Below are positions 9,372 through 20,907 of a DNA stretch of 64,000 nucleotides, in pieces. The notes beneath the pieces were generated by a model that saw only the letters and a program-made list of their open reading frames with translations, was not told the origin of the DNA and searched no databases. The stretch covers positions 154,382-218,381 of the IMG/VR virus record IMGVR_UViG_3300031344_000002; one strand, written 5' to 3'. Numbering within the stretch: position 1 is the stretch's first letter; every line of letters starts with the position of its first letter. Both the position numbers and the translations under genes were made by a program.

Positions 9372-9404
9372 TTTGTAACACATTATGTATAATATAATTA
9401 AATT

Positions 9405-10720
9405 ATGAGAGAAGGTATTTCTAAACACTTAGCATTGATATGTATTAATTATTATGAAATTAGTGATAATTTCATTTATAAATTAAGAGAATCACATCCA
9501 AATCCACAACAAGCATTTGATTATCTTCCCAAGTATACAATTAATACTAACGAAAAAGGTAATAATCAAATTATTGAAGCAGAATATTTTTTACAATTTG
9601 CTGGTTGTTTTGAAAACACAAATGAAAATCCAAAATATTTGATGTTTGATATTGAAACATTGGATGCCACACTTAATCAAGAAATAAGTGATGCAGGTAT
9701 TGATGAGGTTTTTAAAAACATTGATTTTAAAAACATATTATCTGTTTTTAAACCACAAACCGAAGAAGATGAAATGAGTTTTGTATTTCCAAATTCAAAT
9801 TATTTAACTTTTGAAATATCATATGACACTTCATATAATAATGAAAATGGATATGATTGTGAAGTGTATTATAAATTTATAGGTTATCTTGACGATATTA
9901 TGAATGTGGTTTATTTTAAAGAATAATTTTTTATTATTCTTGCATTTCTTCCGAAAATCAAATATATTTGTAATTAAATTAAAATAAAAATTATGAAAAA
10001 ATTTGAAGTAGAAGCAACTGGTCTAGTTTCTTTATTTATAGATAATATTGAAGCCGAAAATAAAGAAATCGCCAATGGAAAAGTATTAGAATTACTTGGG
10101 TGTGAACCCAATGAATTGGGTGGTTATTCTGTTACTTTCGAAAATTTAAGACTTCCAAATGGAATTGTTTTAGATGAATTAAGTATGTGTTTTAAAACAT
10201 TTGTAGTCCCAGATGATATCGTTAAAGATTTAAATGAATGTTTTAATACTGACGAAATTGAAGAAAATGATGATGTGTCATATAATTAAAATAATAATAT
10301 GAATTTAGAAATTGGCGATAAATTAAAATGTTTAAATTCAATATATAATATTTTTCAAAAACCATTATTCATTAAGAATTATATTTATGAAGTATTAGGT
10401 GTTGATGGAGATGAAATAACATTGAATCATATATTATATGCTAATGAATATGATAGTTATAATATAAATTTTATTTTAGAAAATTTTGAAAAACAATAAT
10501 TAATATTAAATAATAAAATAATATGGAAATCGTAAAAGTTTATTCACCAATTGAAGACAAAAACATTCAAAAGAATCTTCAAGACTCACCAATTTGGAAG
10601 AATGCCCACCACTTTGATGAACTTACAGATACACAAATGAAATATGGAAATATGTTTGAGTATACCATAAAATTTTCTGGATTGCAGCCAGTAATGGTAA
10701 CTAAAGTAAAGAAACTTTAG
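9405..10720 (+). CDS. Hypotheticals (9405..9926; 9993..10289; 10299..10499; 10523..10720)
   Basis: Packed co-oriented ORFs. Confidence 0.65.
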
Positions 10721-10749
10721 AGTATTTATATATAGTAAAATTAAATACT

Positions 10750-11499
10750 ATGTATAAAGGTGTTATTTATTGTGCAATCTCTCCATCAAATAAAAAATAT
10801 TATGGACTTACTTTAAATTTTTCAAGAAGAAAAAATGGTCATAAAAGATGTGCTGAATTTAAAAAATGTCGTTTTTATATTGCAATTAAAAAATATGGTT
10901 TTGATAATTTTATTTGGAATATAATAGAAACACATGAAAATGAAAGTAAAGGGAATCTTCAAAATATTTTAAATGAAAGAGAAAAATATTGGATTGAAAA
11001 AGATAAAACATATTATTCTGAATTTGGATATAATATGACTCGTGGAGGTAATGGTGGTGATGCATTTACAAACAAATCTAATGAAGACAAGGAAAGAATA
11101 CTTTTATGTAAAAGTAATAGATTTAGTGGTAAGAATAATCCAATGTATGGAAAAAAGGTTTATGATATTTGGTTAGAAAAATATGGAAAAGAAATTGCTG
11201 ATGAAAAATTAATGGAAAGAAAAAAAAGAACAAGTAATTCGCTTAAAGGAAAAAGTCATCCTTGTTCAAATGAAACAAAAGAAAAAATAAGAAAAAAACT
11301 TTTAGGACATAAAATTTCGGAAATTTGTAGACAAAAACGTTTAGGCAAAAAAAATGCTGCTGGAAAAAGAAATGATGAATTTAAATTAAAAATGAGTATA
11401 TCTCATAAGGGATTACCATCACCAAGAAAGGGATGCCATCTTACAATTGAAACAAAAAGAAAAATTAGTGAATCAAAATTAAATAAAAAGATTAATTAG
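10750..11499 (+). CDS. Free-standing GIY-YIG homing endonuclease with NUMOD3-like repeats
   Basis: VIY...YYG dyad, ERE.YWI, GYNMTRGG, NPMYGK, basic HxxETKxKI repeats. Confidence 0.85.
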   Translation: MYKGVIYCAISPSNKKYYGLTLNFSRRKNGHKRCAEFKKCRFYIAIKKYGFDNFIWNIIETHENESKGNLQNILNEREKYWIEKDKTYYSEFGYNMTRGGNGGDAFTNKSNEDKERILLCKSNRFSGKNNPMYGKKVYDIWLEKYGKEIADEKLMERKKRTSNSLKGKSHPCSNETKEKIRKKLLGHKISEICRQKRLGKKNAAGKRNDEFKLKMSISHKGLPSPRKGCHLTIETKRKISESKLNKKIN

Positions 11500-11539
11500 T
11501 ATTTATATTGAAATAATATGAAAATAATATTCTATATGA

Positions 11540-12615
11540 ATGAGGGTATTGAGAATTGTAATGTTCGCAATGTATTTTCTTATTTATGGATATTCAATGT
11601 CAAAAACCACAATTGAACCAAACCGTCCTGTTTGGGGATACATATGCACATTGGTATTTTCGATATTATCTATATGGGGCGTGGTAATTTTCATGGAAAA
11701 TAATAAAAAAGATGAAAAGAACAAATGAATTTGTAACAATTTTTTCTAATTTTCGTATATGAACTATTAATTAATTAAATATAATATTATGAAAAATAAT
11801 GAAAAATTTACACCAAGAATTAGCATGAAAGAACGTTGGTCATTAGAAGGTATGGCTAAAACGAACAAAATGACTGTTGAAGAATTCTTAGAAAATATCA
11901 AATTTCGGGAAGAATATAAACAGAAATGTATTAAAAGTTTCATGGATAATGGTATGAATAGAGAAGGTGCTGAACTACAAACTATGAGAATGATGTATAT
12001 TTGTGGATAAATTTATAAAATAATTATGCATAAAAATTTTTTTAAATCTAATTCTGAACGTAATTTATGGATTAAATTAAATGCTGAACGCATTATGTAT
12101 TCAAATCATGTTATCAATCCTGCACTAAATGAAGATATAGGGGGTGTTGATGAAATAGATACACCAATGTATATTTCAAGCAATCAATTGGGATATGATG
12201 AAAATGAACGTAATGTTCCTCGTTTTAGTTTTGAAGAACTTCTTTTACTTTCGCCAAATGATTTATTTAAACTTGCTAATGAAAGACATGGGATTAAAAC
12301 GCAAGAATTCTCTGATATGAATGGACAACAGACCAAGTAAAACCAAAATAATTAAATTAATTAATACTTAATATTATGCTAAAAAATAAAAAGAATATTC
12401 TAAAGAAAATTGAAGAATTAAAGAAAATATATGAAATTAGACATCTATATGCAGGAACTTGTGGTATTAAATTGAATTGCGATTGTTGTGGTGGTGAAAC
12501 ACATAATGTTGAAAATCTTTATAATAAAGATTCTGAAAAGAAAGATGGAATTAATCTTTGTTTTGATTGTTCAATATTATGGAGAAATAATATTCCAATT
12601 AATGTTGTGGTTTAA
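11540..12615 (+). CDS. Small hypotheticals (11540..11728 membrane; 11789..12010; 12026..12340; 12376..12615 CxxC)
   Basis: Packed co-oriented ORFs. Confidence 0.6.
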
Positions 12616-12626
12616 AATAATATGAT

Positions 12627-12634
12627 TATATTTG
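12627..12634 (+). promoter_or_regulatory. Representative Bacteroidota sigma70 -7 box (TAnnTTTG)
   Basis: Also + at 2128, 9963, 20080, 32830, 52590; - at 37411, 50500, 52538, 61850, 62659. Confidence 0.65.
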
Positions 12635-12669
12635 CAGTCTTAATTTTGTTTAACTAAAAACTTGAAGTC

Positions 12670-13611
12670 ATGAAAAAAAATAACTTAGTTCCAAATAAAG
12701 GTTTATCTCTTTCACAAGCACAGTCAATTTCTAATCTTTGTAATCAAAGAGCAAATGAAATTGCTAATCAATTATCTGCTGTAAATAATTACAGTAAATC
12801 TGTAATGGTTGAAGGTAAATCACATGAAACAGTTAAAGGTGTTAAACTTCCTGACGATGTTATTTCATTATTACAAGAAAAAGCAAAACTTCACTCTTGT
12901 CAGGCGTTTCTCATGGAAAACATGAAAGCAAAAGAAAATTTGCTTAGTGTTGCAAAAAAAATTGCATATACTATACCTGATGGTTTAAAAAGTATTGCTC
13001 CTGAAAGACCTAAATTCGTTACTCCTATAATTTTATCACAAGTTAATGAAGAATTTGGTTGGGAACAACTTACTGCAGCCGAATATAATGAATATCTGGA
13101 AGCTGAAGCATATGCTTCACACCTTGGTGAATTTATTCATAAAGGTTCAATTCTTGCAGGTTTACGTAATGAAATAAATAGTATTCCTTCAGTTGAATGG
13201 ATGGTTATTAAAGGCGATGGAACTAAAACTCCTGTTGAAATAAAGGTGCATCACACTCCTGAACAACTTCTTACCATTCACGAAAAACTTGCTACAATAC
13301 ATCGTGCCTTCGAACAAAATGTAAATTATTATAAAGCAAAAGTTAAAAATCTTACTACTGAAGAAAATGCACGTATTGCTAAACTTAATGCTGATGCTCA
13401 AAATGATGCAGAAAAAATTAACAATGACCTGCAACTTACTTACGATACTGCAATGAAAAAAGTGAGCGAAGCAATTAATACTGCTAAAGCTGAATTTGAA
13501 AAAGACCGTCAGGTAAAAATTAAAGAAATTGCCAGTATGCGTATTGAAATCGATTTAAGATTTCAAGAAACAATTGATTTATTTTTAAATCAACTTCCAA
13601 AACAAGAATAA
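12670..13611 (+). CDS. Uncharacterised helical/coiled-coil protein, 313 aa
   Basis: Long ORF after TATATTTG box 12627-12634; A/K/E-rich heptad-like composition. Confidence 0.8.
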   Translation: MKKNNLVPNKGLSLSQAQSISNLCNQRANEIANQLSAVNNYSKSVMVEGKSHETVKGVKLPDDVISLLQEKAKLHSCQAFLMENMKAKENLLSVAKKIAYTIPDGLKSIAPERPKFVTPIILSQVNEEFGWEQLTAAEYNEYLEAEAYASHLGEFIHKGSILAGLRNEINSIPSVEWMVIKGDGTKTPVEIKVHHTPEQLLTIHEKLATIHRAFEQNVNYYKAKVKNLTTEENARIAKLNADAQNDAEKINNDLQLTYDTAMKKVSEAINTAKAEFEKDRQVKIKEIASMRIEIDLRFQETIDLFLNQLPKQE

Positions 13612-13935
13612 AAATTTAAGGTGAAAGACAGATAGAGCACAAGCCGAGTTTGTTTTTCTTTGTATCATATGATGAGTTCTTTAATATATATGAAAAATTA
13701 ACAACGTTAATTAGAAAATGTCCCTTCGGGGGCGTTTCCGACATCTGAAAGTAAAATCGCTTCCTTTGCAAAAAAACAAGTTTTCTATGGGATTTTTACA
13801 AAACCACCATGACTACTAACTAAGTTACCTTCGGGATAATTAGAGTAGGAAAACGACTTCGCTTTTGTCCTTGCCATTGTGCAATGGAAGGTCTGTAACT
13901 TTGGCGTTAACATTGATTTTATCTATATAAATTCA
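13612..13935 (+). ncRNA. Candidate structured ncRNA
   Basis: About 320-nt gap with no long ORF, GC-richer than flanks; two C(UUCG)G hairpins (13720-13733; 13813-13848) and CCTTGCCATT-GTGC-AATGGAAGG (13869-13891). Confidence 0.6.
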
Positions 13936-13978
13936 TCATATGGTAACTTATTTTTAAATATTAAATAATAATAATATT

Positions 13979-15444
13979 ATGGGTATTAAACACGTAAGTT
14001 GGATGCCGGGATTTAATGGTGAACCCCCCAAACCAATGTATTATACAATTGGAATTACTGAAGAAATGTCTAATGCTGATTTAATGTGGCAAATTAGATG
14101 TTGTAAAGAACCGGGAAAAGTAGAATTAATAGCAGCATTTAAAGAAAGTAAAGACGCAGTATCTTATATGACATCTGTTATATTTAAAAATAATAAAAAA
14201 GATAATGAAACAATATTAGGCGGAAGTATTGAAGGATGTTCTTATTTTATTGAATATAATTCTTCAACCGAATATATGGTATTAACAACTTAGTGGTAAA
14301 AATTATGGATAGATTAGAACAAATCGAAAAAGAAATTGAAATACTTGAAAATAAAGTAGATGAAAAGAATAAAATTTGGGATGATAAATTCAGAAGTAAA
14401 CTTTCTTGGGATGAATATCAAATGTATATGTTCAAAGAATGGAAAGCAATTGCCAAATTAGATAGAGAAAGACGAATGATAATGCCATATAAACTATCTG
14501 AATTACCAAATTATGGCGATGTAATGTCTTTAAATGATTTTATTAAATGTGTTAAATGTGGCGGATTTATTGATTATGATGGTTTTGGCAATTATGTTAA
14601 AGATGGTAAAGAAACTGACATTGTAATACAGCCAAGTGATGTTAAATATAAAGCAATTAGAAAAGATTTTGATACAATAATTTGGTATAATAGATAATAT
14701 TATGATAACAAAAATAAAAGAAATTATTAATAGTGCTAATGATAAAAAATCATTAATTTCTGAAAAATTTGATAATTCTAATAGGACAATTTCTAATATA
14801 GCTGAATACTATATGGATAATTCTAATGCATTTATTGAATTACTTGGAGATTTAAATAAAATATTGGATAAAGATGAATCATATTGTACTTGTGGAAATC
14901 CAAGTAAAGAAGGTAATTGTCATTTTGAAGGTGATGAAAATTTAATATATTGTTGTGCTGATTGTGGTAAACAAGTGAAAGATAACGAAAAATTTAGTGA
15001 TGATGAAAATTAAAAAAGGGGATAAATTAAAATTATTTAATTTATTAATTAGTTTTGGTTTTATTAAACATATAACTCAACATTATATAATGTTTATAAA
15101 AGATAAACAACTTTTAATTTATCCTAAAGGTAAATTAAATATTCAACATTTTGAATCAGCAAGACATCAATTAGATATGAATGGTCATATAAATAAAAGA
15201 GAATTTGCTTTAATGTTTAATTTTTTAATTAAATGAAATTATGAAAGTAGAAACACAAGTTCACATCTATGTGATAGATGGTAAAGAAACTAAAGTAGGT
15301 GACAACAAAATTCTTAATGTTAGAAATGTTTGGAACAGAAACCAATTAGTAGAAATACAGATTGGTGAGAATGGAGAAAAGGTTGTCGTTCATGAAGTTG
15401 ATTTAATTAAGGCAATTAGTAATGCAACAGGTAATGAACGATAG
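13979..15444 (+). CDS. Small hypotheticals (13979..14293; 14293..14697; 14702..15013; 14997..15236; 15241..15444)
   Basis: Overlapping or abutting co-oriented ORFs. Confidence 0.65.
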
Positions 15445-15469
15445 ATATAAATAATTTAATAAATAAATT

Positions 15470-16024
15470 ATGATATTTGAAATAATTCCAAATCAGCAAA
15501 CTCCATGTATATTCGAACTTGTTCATGATTTCGAAGCCAATAAAGAAATATTTAATACATTTCTCGAATTTGCTTCTAATCATCGCAATGCGGTTGGACT
15601 AGCAGCAAATCAATGTAGTATTGATGGAGAAAGATTTATGCAAAATGTCTTTGCTCTTAGAAATTTAAAAATCAATACTTGGAAATTAATTATTAATCCA
15701 AAAATCGATTTATATTTTGGAATGGTTGAACCCAAACTTGAAGGTTGTCTTACTTGGGTAGGCAAATCTATTCTTGCTGATAGATTGCGTGCGGTTAAAG
15801 TTAGTTATGATGATATTGATGGTAATCATTATACTAATCAAATTTATGGTGGTTTTGAAGCTCAAATCTGGCAACATGAGATTAATCATCTTAATGGTAT
15901 TGAAGAAAATGTTGTCGATTATAATTATAAATTACCACCAATAAAAAAGATTGAAAGAAATGATAAATGTCCTTGTCTTTCAGGTAAAAAATATAAAAAC
16001 TGTTGTTTAATATTTGAAAGTTAA
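15470..16024 (+). CDS. def: Peptide deformylase with C-terminal SEC-C motif
   Basis: AVGLAANQ, EGCLT, QHEINHLNG; tail RNDKCPCLSGKKYKNCC. Confidence 0.9.
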   Translation: MIFEIIPNQQTPCIFELVHDFEANKEIFNTFLEFASNHRNAVGLAANQCSIDGERFMQNVFALRNLKINTWKLIINPKIDLYFGMVEPKLEGCLTWVGKSILADRLRAVKVSYDDIDGNHYTNQIYGGFEAQIWQHEINHLNGIEENVVDYNYKLPPIKKIERNDKCPCLSGKKYKNCCLIFES

Positions 16025-16035
16025 AACAATTTATA

Positions 16036-19000
16036 ATGAGAAAACATACTATATTGATACAATATTTACGTAAATTGGGATTTATTATTGATATGCAACC
16101 AGATGAAACTGTTTGTACACATGGAAATAATATAATTGTATTTAAACGTGGTAAATTAAGTGAACCGCATTATCAGGTAATTAAAACGCAATTGATGTAT
16201 CAAGGTTATAAAATTCCTGATTATGATTCATTATTTCTTACAGCAAAAAAATATAATAAATTCGTTTATGTTACGGTTGACCCCTTATTAGAAGAAGTGA
16301 TTTGTGTTCATGCTAAACCAAATAAACTATGCTCTATATGTAATGACACATATTTTACCAGAATAAAAGAAGATTCATTTTATCTACTATATGAAAAAAA
16401 AATGTTAATTAGAACAAATTTAATTATATTATGATAACAAAATTTGAATTAAACGAAAATGAGGCTAAAGCAGCAGAAGAATTTATTGCTAAATTGCCTA
16501 AGAAATATAAAAAAATGTCACAAGAATTAATTATTACTTCTGGTGGTGGTATTGGTATTGGCGTAACAATTAGAGTTGGAGATAGAGAAAAAGATATAAC
16601 TGATTATAATGCTTGGTAATATGAAAAAACAAATAACAATTGATTTGGATTTAACTGAAGAACAAATATTAGAATTTATTTCAAATGAGTCAACAAATAA
16701 TTATTCAATGTTTAAGATAGCGGATAAAGCATTGAGTGAAGTTAGTTGGCATAATAATATGCCCAAATCAAGTAAATTATACTATATCGCAATGTTACAA
16801 AAACACATCAATGCATTTTTAAAAGATATTGATTATAATAATGATTTAAATGTGTTATGATTTTGTAACATTTTTCATTAAATTTCGTATTAATGCTCAT
16901 GATGATACCAAAAGAACATATTGAAAAGCAAAAGGAATTTGTAATGACTCTTCAAGATAGTAAATATCTTCATTATCGAGATATTTACAAAAATATTGAT
17001 AAATACAATTTTCAAATTTGTACTAAAGTGGATTTTAAAGCTGTAGGAAATTCTTGCGGTGATATTTTTGAAACATGGGATAAGCTAAAACAAGCAAGTA
17101 AAATCACATATGAAGCCAATACCAAATCAGGTAGTAGGTATTTTATTGATGAATACAATAATGTATATCGACTTTCAAATCATTGGGGTGCAGTTGCAAC
17201 TTGTGAATGGACACGAGAAGGTAAAGGTCAATTAAGTATGTCTATTTTTGAAACAGGTGAATGGGAAATTGGTGTTGCTAATCTTAAAGATTTTAAAATA
17301 TTTAGAAGAAAACAAGATAGAAATATAGATTTTATAATTAATCCTAAGTGGCTTAATCAAATGAAAGAAGTAATTCAACTAAAAAAGGAATTATTTAAAT
17401 TAAAATCTTTACCAGAATTTAAAGAACTTCCTGTTGAAGATAAAATATTAATTGGAACTTCTTATCATTTTTTTAATAAAGAATTGGGTGGAATTGAAAA
17501 AAGAAAATGATAAAACAAAAAGAATTTATATTGTGTGCAGCTATTGATTATAATGGAACAATTATTTGTGGGCATAGACATAGTGATTGTTATTTTGTTT
17601 TAAAAGAATTAATAACGAATCCAGTCTTACCACCTAGAGAAAAACAAGGTTTTCTTACTTCGAAAAATCGTTTTGTCAATAGAAGTGAAGCATGGAAAAT
17701 AGCTAAAGAAAATAATCAAATAAAATATGGTTATGATGCAAGTGAAAATGATGAAGATTCAATACTTATTTCTGAAAATTTATACTAAAATTTAATGTAT
17801 GGGATGGCGACTTGAAATAAAAGATGAAAAATATCGTATCTATAGTACAGTAGTTGACGATTATATTTCTAATTATATGAATAAGAATGAATTAATTAGA
17901 TTTTTATTTTGGCATAGATTTGAAGAATTAATGAGAAAAATGTTAGAAGATATAATCATTTTTCCAAACAATTGGATAGATAAAGAAACTGAAAAATATT
18001 TAAATTGTGATGAAGAAAAACGTAATGAATTCTTTACGATGCTAAATGATAGAAAAAAGGTATTTGAACAGTTTTTCACTAAAATAAAAGACGTGGGAAT
18101 TGATATTTCGTTAAGTGATATTGATGGCGTTGATATACATACTAAAAAGTTAATATAACTTAATTGTTGTAACATTTTTAATTAATATTCGTATAATCAT
18201 TTGTTATTAGTATTCACTAAAAAAGAAAGAAGATGAAAAAATTATTTAAAATCACAGTCTTATTAGTTGTTTTAGGAATTTTTGCATTCAGTTCAAATCC
18301 TATAATTACTAAGGTTAGAACCTTTACTATTGAAAATGGCAAGAAAGCCTATGATTATTGCACTGGTTCGTTGAAAGAAAGTAAGAACGAAACTGTTAAG
18401 AAATACAGTTCAATAATTCTTTAATCTCAGAAATATGGTAAGAACTATAGAACAAATTAATGAGCAACTTGATAGAGTTGCAGAAGCCGAAAAGAATGGC
18501 GGAAAATATCATGGAATGACCTATGAAGGAGGCGTAAAATACGCACTTGATTGGATATTAGGTAACAGTGAAGATGAACCAATGCCAAATGAAGAATAAT
18601 TATGAAAAATTTAGCAGGAGATAAAGATGCAGACAAAATCGTAAGAGAAGAACTCTGGCTTGCTGACATACCAATGGAAAAAGAAATATCAAAAGGTGAA
18701 GTACCTTATAATACTATTGGTAAAATTGCTAATTGGACTTTTAGACGTGCATGGTATTATTGGATAGTCAATATACCTGATGGCGAAAAAGGTCTACCTT
18801 TAGCAATTGCAATGGAATTGCATCTGAGAAAAAATCCAACTGATGGCAATAAAATCATGGGTAATTCAATTAGATGTGGTGGTCATGCAGGTGCTCCTTC
18901 TCCTATAGAATATGGTTCTTATCCATTTTATGATGAAAAAGGTGAACCAACTATTGAACGTTATGTCAGTTCTTATCATGTTGATGACCAAATTGGTTTG

Positions 19001-20430
19001 AATATGTTAGCGGACGTGCTGAAAAAATATTATCATTTATAAATTGAAATATTATGTTAATGAATTCAGAAATACAAATAAGTAATCCAAGTGTAAATCA
19101 AATAGTATTTTTTAAACCTTGGCAGGATAAATATGATAAAAGAAGAAAAGCATATCCTGTCATAATTAATTCCGGTCATTATGAAATTGACGGTAGACTT
19201 TCAAATTTCTGGTATTGGCAAAGAATATCTCCATCAGGTAAAATTAACCCAATTGTTGAACATGGTTATGGTAATTTTACTGAAGCTACTGGATATGAAG
19301 TTAAAAGAAAAATAATAGTTATAAAATGAGCATATATTCTGATAAAAAGATGGATATTTGGTATAATGGCGATATAATACAAATACCAATAGCCAGAATA
19401 CAAATACGCAGTAAAAAAGCAAAAAAAATTCTTAAAGACCCAACTAAACATTATCCAAATAAGAATGAAATGCGTTTATTGCGTAAAATAAAAGCAGAAA
19501 CCGGGTTAAGTGAAGAAGAAATACGTGCAGATAAGAAGTATCGTAAAATGCTTTCAGAAGCACAAAAACAAGGTCAAAAAGGTAAAAAAACTGAACTTGA
19601 AAAGTTTTATCGGAATCTTATTAAAGAAGCGTGTAAAAAAACTGGTTTAGTACCACAACATCCAGATACATTAGCTGCTCTCGATGAAATAATAAAAGAA
19701 AGAGGTGGTCAGGATTTTTTTAAGTATTATCATGCTTCTCTGACTACTGCAAAAAGTATTGTTAAATATTACTCAAAATGAAATATTCACAACTTATAAT
19801 ACAAACCCTGTAATTAATCATTGCAGGGTTTTTTATTGTCATTAAGTATTTATATTAAAATACTCATGGTAGATATTAAACAAATTGTTAAAGAAGAATC
19901 TCAAAAGTTTTTAAATGAGGTTGATGTTGCTAATTTTCCTTCTTTTGGTGACCATTTACCTAGTATAAGTGAAGAAGATGAAGAACAAAATCAAGAATTA
20001 ATAACAACAGTATTAAAAGAAATAAATAATTTTATTAAAAAATATAAGAAAAAATAATTGTTATTAAATAAATTATTAGTATATTTGCCCTTGTAATAAT
20101 ACAAGGGTTTTTTATTTAAAATAATAAACATTAAAATTCACTAATATGAGTATGTCAACTTACATTAAAGCATTCACTCCAGATACTGACCCTGAATATC
20201 AGAAACATAAAAAACTTTGGGATATTTGTGAAGAAATGGGAGTAAGTCTTCCAAAAGAAACTGAGGAGTATTTTAAAAATTGTGATACACCCGAAGATAA
20301 ACTTGAAATCGATTTAGAAAAAGATGTTCATTTTGAAGAATATGAAGATGATTCAAGTCAAGGTGTTGAAGTCGATATTACAAAACTTCCAAAAGGTGTA
20401 ACAAAACTCAGATTTTATAATAGCTGGTAA
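16036..20430 (+). CDS. Run of hypotheticals (16036, 16431, 16609, 16893, 17507, 17799, 18233, 18602, 19054, 19326, ~19866, 20146)
   Basis: Packed co-oriented ORFs; 17507..17788 is paralogous to 58844..59113 (ICAAI...H..C...QGFLTS..RFV.R.E...IA). Confidence 0.65.
19803..19834 (+). terminator. Intrinsic terminator
   Basis: AAACCCTG-loop-CAGGGTTTTTT. Confidence 0.7.
20088..20113 (+). terminator. Intrinsic terminator
   Basis: CCCTTGT-AATAAT-ACAAGGG-TTTTTT. Confidence 0.7.
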
Positions 20431-20463
20431 AAAAATAACTTTATATATAATCAATAAAAAATA

Positions 20464-20907
20464 ATGTCAAAAAAAGTAATTTATTTAATAGGTAGTTTAA
20501 AAAATGAACAAATACCTCATATTGCCAATAAAATCAGAGAATTAGGATTTGAAGTTTTTGATGATTGGTTCAGTCCCGGTCCTGAAGCAGATGATTTTTG
20601 GCGTAATTTTGAAAAAGTTAGAGGCACTACACATAAACAAGCACTTAGCAATTATGCTGCGAAACATATTTATGAATTTGATAAGTTTCATATAGACAGA
20701 AGTAATATGGGTGTTTTAGTTATGCCAGCAGGAAAATCTGGTCATTTGGAATTGGGTTATATGATAGGGCAAGGTAAACCTTGTTTTATTTTATTTGATG
20801 AAGAGCCTGAAAAATGGGACATAATGCATGCTTTCACTAAGGAAAATGGTGGTGACATTTGTTATTCTTTTGAAGAATTACAAGAAGGATTAGAAAAATT
20901 AAAATAA
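20464..20907 (+). CDS. Nucleoside 2-deoxyribosyltransferase-like protein
   Basis: IYLIGS...GFEVFDDW...DKFHIDRS...GKSGHLELGYMIGQGKP. Confidence 0.65.
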   Translation: MSKKVIYLIGSLKNEQIPHIANKIRELGFEVFDDWFSPGPEADDFWRNFEKVRGTTHKQALSNYAAKHIYEFDKFHIDRSNMGVLVMPAGKSGHLELGYMIGQGKPCFILFDEEPEKWDIMHAFTKENGGDICYSFEELQEGLEKLK

